Below, piece after piece: positions 59,108 to 64,000 of a DNA stretch of 64,000 nucleotides (position 1 is the first letter of the stretch; each line of letters starts with the position of its first letter). Source of the stretch: Pristiophorus japonicus (Eukaryota); the NCBI RefSeq assembly GCF_044704955.1, contig NC_091982.1, positions 36,580,001-36,644,000 on the forward strand. Reading direction: 5' to 3'. The position numbers and the translations under genes are program-made. Below the pieces are notes generated by a model. That model was not told the origin of the DNA. It saw only the letters and a program-made list of their open reading frames with translations, and ran no database searches.

Positions 59108-61298
59108 GTGTACTTCCCCTCTCCACCACAAACCGTCTTCTTAAACCTCTCCTCTCTGCATCCTCCACCCTCACCTCCAACAACAAGTGTGAGCAGTTCA
59201 TGGACTTCTTTGTCACAAAGATCAAGACCATCTGTTCAGCTGCCTTTGCCACTTCCCTCCCTTCCCCTAGCCCCCCGGGCCAAACTTCCTCTAAGGTTTC
59301 TCCATGCCCTAGCCTTGAAGCTGCATCTTTCTCTAGTTTCTCTCCCATCTCAGCTCATGCTCTCTCCAAGCTCATCTTGTCGATGAGACCCATCTCGTGC
59401 TCCTTTGCCCTATTCCCACGAAACTGCTGACCACCCAACTTCCTGGCTCCCATGTTAGCTGATATTGTTAACGGTTCTCCCTCCTCAGGTACTGTCCCCC
59501 CCTCCGTCAAATCAGCCATCATCACCCCTCTTCTAAAAAAAAACAACCCTTGACCCCTCCATCCTTGCAAACTACCAGCCCATCTCCAACCTCCCTTTCC
59601 TCTCCAAAGTCCTTGAATGTGCTGTCGCCTCCCAAATCCATGCCCATCTTTCTCAGAATGCCATGTTTGAATCCTTCCAATTAGGTTTCCGCCCCTGCTA
59701 CAGTAGCGAAAGGACTCTTACCAAAGTTACGAATGACATCCTATTTAACTGTGACAAAGGTAAACTCTCCCTCTTCGACCTTCTTCACCTCTCAGTAGCT
59801 TTTGACATGGTTATAAGAACATAAGATATAGGAGCAGGAGTTGGCCATTTGGCCCTTCGAGCCTGCTCCACCATTCAATAAGATCATGGCTGATCTACCT
59901 CAACACCACCTTCCCACCCCATCCCCATATCCCTTGATTCACTTAGTATCCAAAATTATATCAATTTCTTTGAATATACTCAATAACTAAGCTCTGGGAT
60001 AGAGAATTCCAAAGATTCATAACCCTTTGAGTGAAGAAAATTCACCTCATCTCAGCCCTAAATGTGACCCCTAGTTCTAAACTTGCCAGCCAGCAGAAAC
60101 ATCCTCCCAGCATCTACCCTGTCAAGGCCCTTCAGAATTTTATACATTTCAAAGAGATCACCCCACATTCTTCTAAACACTACGGAACATAGGCATAGTC
60201 TACTCAATCTGTCCTCATAGGAATATACTACTTCATCCTCCTCCAACGTCTCTCCACTGTCATCCAGCTGGGTGGGACTGCACTCGCCTGGTTCCATTCT
60301 TATCTATCGAGTTGTAACCAGACAATCACCTGCAATGCTTTCTCTTCCTGCTCCCGCACCGTTACCTGTGTTGTCCTCCAAGGTTCTATCCTTGCTCCCC
60401 CACCCCCTCTTTTTCTCATCCGCATGTTGCCCCTTGGCAAAATCATCCAAAATCACAGTGTCAATTTCCACATTTACACTGATGACACCCACCTCTACCT
60501 CACCACCACCTCTCTCGACCCATCCACTCTCTCTGATTTGTCACACTGCTTGTCCAATATCCAGTACTGGATGAGCAGAAATTTCCTCCAATTAAATATT
60601 GGAAAGACCGAAGTCCATACCATAAACTCCATTCCCGAGTTACCAACTCCATCCCTCTCCCTGGTAACTGTCTGAGGCTGAACCAGACTGTTCGCAAGCT
60701 TGGTGTCATATTTGACCCTGAGATGAGCTCCAACCAAATATCTGTGCCATCACTAAGGCGGCCTATTTCCACCTCCAGAAATTCCAACTCCACCTCAACC
60801 TCAGCTCATCTACTCTTCCGTAAACTTGAGGTCATCTAAAGCTCGGCTGCCCATGTCCTAACTCGCACCAGGTCTCATTCACCCATCCCCCCCATCCCCC
60901 CATCCCCCTTGTGCTCGCTGATCTACATTGGCTCCCTGTTAAGCAACAACTCAATTTTAAAATCTCAAACTTGTTTTCAAATCCTTCCATAGCATCTCCC
61001 CTCCCTATCTCTGTAATCTCCTCCAGCCCTACAACCCCCAGAGATCTCTGGCCACTTGAAAATCCCAGATTTTAATTGCTCCACCATTGATGGCCGTGCC
61101 TTCAGCTGCCTAGGCCCTATGCTTTGGAATTCCCTCCCTAAACCTCTCTGCCTCTGTACGTCTCTTTCTTCCTTTAAGGCGCTCCTTAACACCCACCTCA
61201 CCTGTCCTAATTTCTCCTTATGTGACCCAGTGTCATTTTTTTAAATAATGCTCTTGGAACGTTCTACTATGTTAAAGGAGCTATATAAATACAAGTTT
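59108..61298 (+). mobile_element. L2 LINE ORF2 3' half, degenerate, interrupted by CR1
   Basis: FFVTKI, NYQPISNLPFLSKVLE, FHIYTDDT, FLQLNIGKTE and LWNSLP; tail gctatataaatacaag. Confidence 0.9.
59813..60224 (-). mobile_element. CR1 3' end nested in L2
   Basis: YEDRLSRL...GDLFEMYKILKGLDRVDAGRMF; (ATAAGAAC) tail. Confidence 0.88.
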
Positions 61299-61464
61299 TA
61301 GTGTGGAACTGAACAACAGAAACTAGGCAGGTTCCTGGTTCAATTGCCAGTCCTTACTTATTTAGCAATCTCTACCTGGGTGACAGGGGTCTCAATCCTC
61401 TATAGTAGAGAGAGGGGAAGAAGCAGACAGGGTTCCTGTACCCCTCCCTTCCCACTATCCAGTG

Positions 61465-61920
61465 CCTCAAATACTCCTTCCAGGTGAAACAGCACTTTAC
61501 TTGTACTTCTTTCAATTTAGTATACTGTATTCGCTGTTCACAATGTGGTCTCCTCTACATTGGGAAGACCAAATGCAGATTGGGTGACCGCTTTGTGGAG
61601 TACCTCCCTTCAGTCCGTAAGTGTAACCCTGAGCTTCCGGTCGCCTGTCACTTTAATTCTCCACTCCACTTCCACTCCGACATCTCCGTCCTCAATCTCC
61701 TACACTGTTCCATTGAAGCTCAACGCAAGCTCCAGGAACAGCACCTCATCTTTCGTTTAGGAAGGTAGCAGCCTTCTAGACTCAACATCGAGTTCAACAA
61801 TTTCAGATAACCTCTGCCCATTTTTGGCTCCCTCCATAGATGCTGCCTGACCTGCTGAGATTTCCAGCATTTTCTGTTTTTATTTCAGGTTCCAGCATCC
61901 GGAGTATTTTGCTTTTGTAT
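61465..61920 (+). mobile_element. Penelope-like element 3' end (GIY-YIG endonuclease relic plus terminal repeat)
   Basis: FTCTSFNLVYCIRCSQCGLLYIGKTK.RL.DRF.E...VACHFN...EQHLIFRLG...LNIEF. Confidence 0.9.
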
Positions 61921-62899
61921 TAGAGTTCCTGTTCCTATTTGTTATCCAGTCACCTCAACTGGAATCTCTGTGAGTTGACATTAAGTCAGGAGAGCATCAG
62001 TTATGGCTGTGATAACCTTGAGAGTCAAATAGCATGCTGACTTTCACGATCTAGGCTCACACATGGAGAACAGCCACTAGTTCAAGATATTTGAGAGCGC
62101 CCAGTGCCTGTGGAACTATGCCCCAGACGAGGTCACCACCTTGAAAAGTGGAAGAGAGAAAAAGATTGTGGTGAAATGTGCTTGTAAAAAAACTTGTCTC
62201 CTTCCCTACGTAAATGTGTGCTCGAGGTAACTAATAAAATGTATGAGTAGCTCTTTTGTTTTATCTTTAAATACGCCAGTCTATGCACTACTGGGACCAG
62301 CCAGAAGGACTGTAATACTCTTACCATTCCTGTACATTGCTATGTTTCTACATTTGCATTTAACTAGAAAGGTTAGCTATAAAGCAGGAGGTTTTCCTGA
62401 ATCGAGGAGTGGATCATCAGAAATATCACAGTGACTATCAGAAATTGAGGTCGGTTAGAGTGCACGCCTGTAAACGTACCCTCCCAACTTTTAAGTTCAC
62501 TAATCATGTCACTTTCTCTCCCCCCCCTCCTTCATATACATTGATTTCTCTTTAAACAACATAATATTAGAAAGACTGAAGGATCTGGTATGTAACTAAT
62601 CTGATTCCTTCTTCCTTGAAAGAATTGGAGCTTTTCTTTACATCTTTTCCAGACAATGTTACATTAATCTAGGACTGCCTTCTCTGAATAAAGTAGTGCC
62701 AACAGTGACTACACTCCAAAAGTACTTCATTGGCTGTAAAGTGCTTTGAGACGTCAGGTGGTCGTGAAAGGCACTATATAAATGCAAGTATTTCTTTCTT
62801 CTTTCTAACTTTATTAGACAGGATAGCAGTAGTTCTAGCTAATATTAATATTTCTCCCCCTGCGACAGTCTTCACTGCTCTGTGGATCCAATCCATAGA

Positions 62900-64000
62900 T
62901 ATTAGTGGAATAAGGGTGGTAGACATTTGGAACGCACTTCCACAAACAGCAATTGATGCTTGGGGTAAAGGCAGGTATATGGGGCTCAATTTTCCCCAGT
63001 GATTTGTGCCATTTTTATGGAGCGGGCCGCTTTTTTTGTCCTAAGTTGAAAAACCATAGTTTCCCCAATCAATTTGTACCAGCGTAACTCAGTTATGTTT
63101 TTTTAGGTAAGTTATTTTTTCAGCCAAAGGGGGCATAACCTTCCACCCACGCCAATTCTGGCCATTTAGAGAGGTTTGGCCAGCTGAGAGTTACTCCAGT
63201 TCTGCTTAGACCAACGTATGTGGCCTCTGTAGAAAAACCTTCTGGCGAGTTAAGGAAATCGGCGCAGGTAAGTACAGCAGATGCCCGGATAGCAGCAGCA
63301 GGAGAGGTAAGAGAGAGGAAGAGAGAGAGGGGAAGTGGAGTCTTTCGGGTATAGTTAAGTGTAGAGACTGGGAGGGAGGAAACATTCAGCCTGGGATAGG
63401 GGCGGGGGAGTGGACCGGGAGGCCACTCGGCCAGGGTTAGAGGCGGGGGAGCGGACTGGCAAGCCACTCGGAGCTAGGAGCGGGCGCAAGAAACAGACCA
63501 GCAAGCCATTCGGAGCTAGGGGCAGGCAGGGGAGTGGACCCGGAGGCCCATCGGCCTGGAATAGGGGCGGGGATCGGCATCGACATCGGAAAGGGGGGAT
63601 ACTTTAATAATTCTCGGTAAGTTGCTGCAATGTATTTTAATGTGTTTTTAAGTTGCTGCAATGTATTTTAATGTGTTGGGAGCTGGCTGTATGTTTCACT
63701 TTGCAGCCTCAGCTCGCACTGCGTCCCTGGTTACTGTGGCAACCCGGTCTTTTTGGCACAGATCAAGACTCCACCCCCAAAATGAAAGGACAGGTTAGGC
63801 TGCGCCAAAATGAAGAAGTCAAACGAGGAAACTTAGAAAACTTTTCTTTTTGATGTACTTGGCCCCAAAAATAGAGCATAACTCTTCAAGTACACCAAAA
63901 AAAAGCTTTGGGGAAAATGTAGCCATTGAGTTAGGTCACAGATCAGCCATCATCTCGTTGAATGGCGGAACAGGCTCAAGGGGATAAATGACCTGCTTCT
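62900..64000 (+). mobile_element. Short CR1 3' end split by a MITE
   Basis: RVVDIWNALPQ before 62980; cagatcagccat...gaatggcggaacaggctc after 63925. Confidence 0.7.
62981..63925. mobile_element. Harbinger-like MITE
   Basis: TIRs ggggctcaattttcccca / tggggaaaatgtagcca; GC-rich internal repeats; related to 23293-24086. Confidence 0.78.

Overview
Eukaryotic, transposon-dominated DNA with no host protein-coding gene I can support. The repeat repertoire points to a vertebrate, most likely a shark or ray (inference). It includes CR1 LINEs with (TTTCTATG)n/(ATTCTATG)n tails, L2, RTE with (ATG)n tails, Penelope relics, Deu-type tRNA SINEs, Mag-like Gypsy LTR elements and Harbinger-type DNA elements. 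All long ORFs are TE-derived: CR1 ORF1 (zinc finger plus SGNH esterase) and ORF2 (APE-RT), Gypsy gag/pol, RTE/L2/L1 RT relics, a Penelope GIY-YIG and Harbinger Myb/SANT relics. The most notable structure: (1) two CR1 5' ends with near-identical ORF1 but different TATA-bearing tandem monomer arrays; (2) an old local tandem duplication whose homologous ~35-bp spot was hit by three independent retroelements; (3) two TSD-bounded, 5'-inverted RTE-family insertions; (4) a gag-protease LTR element lacking RT/RNase H/integrase cores; (5) a ~200-bp near-perfect foldback inside an L2; (6) a strand-asymmetric G-rich array split by insertions; (7) LTRs with CTCF-like motifs and MITEs with RFX X-box-like motifs. 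TE-free islands near 28.3, 39.2 and 41.5-43.4 kb may be conserved non-coding elements. Family names come from motif recognition by eye, not database searches. Boundaries without a TSD or TIR are approximate.
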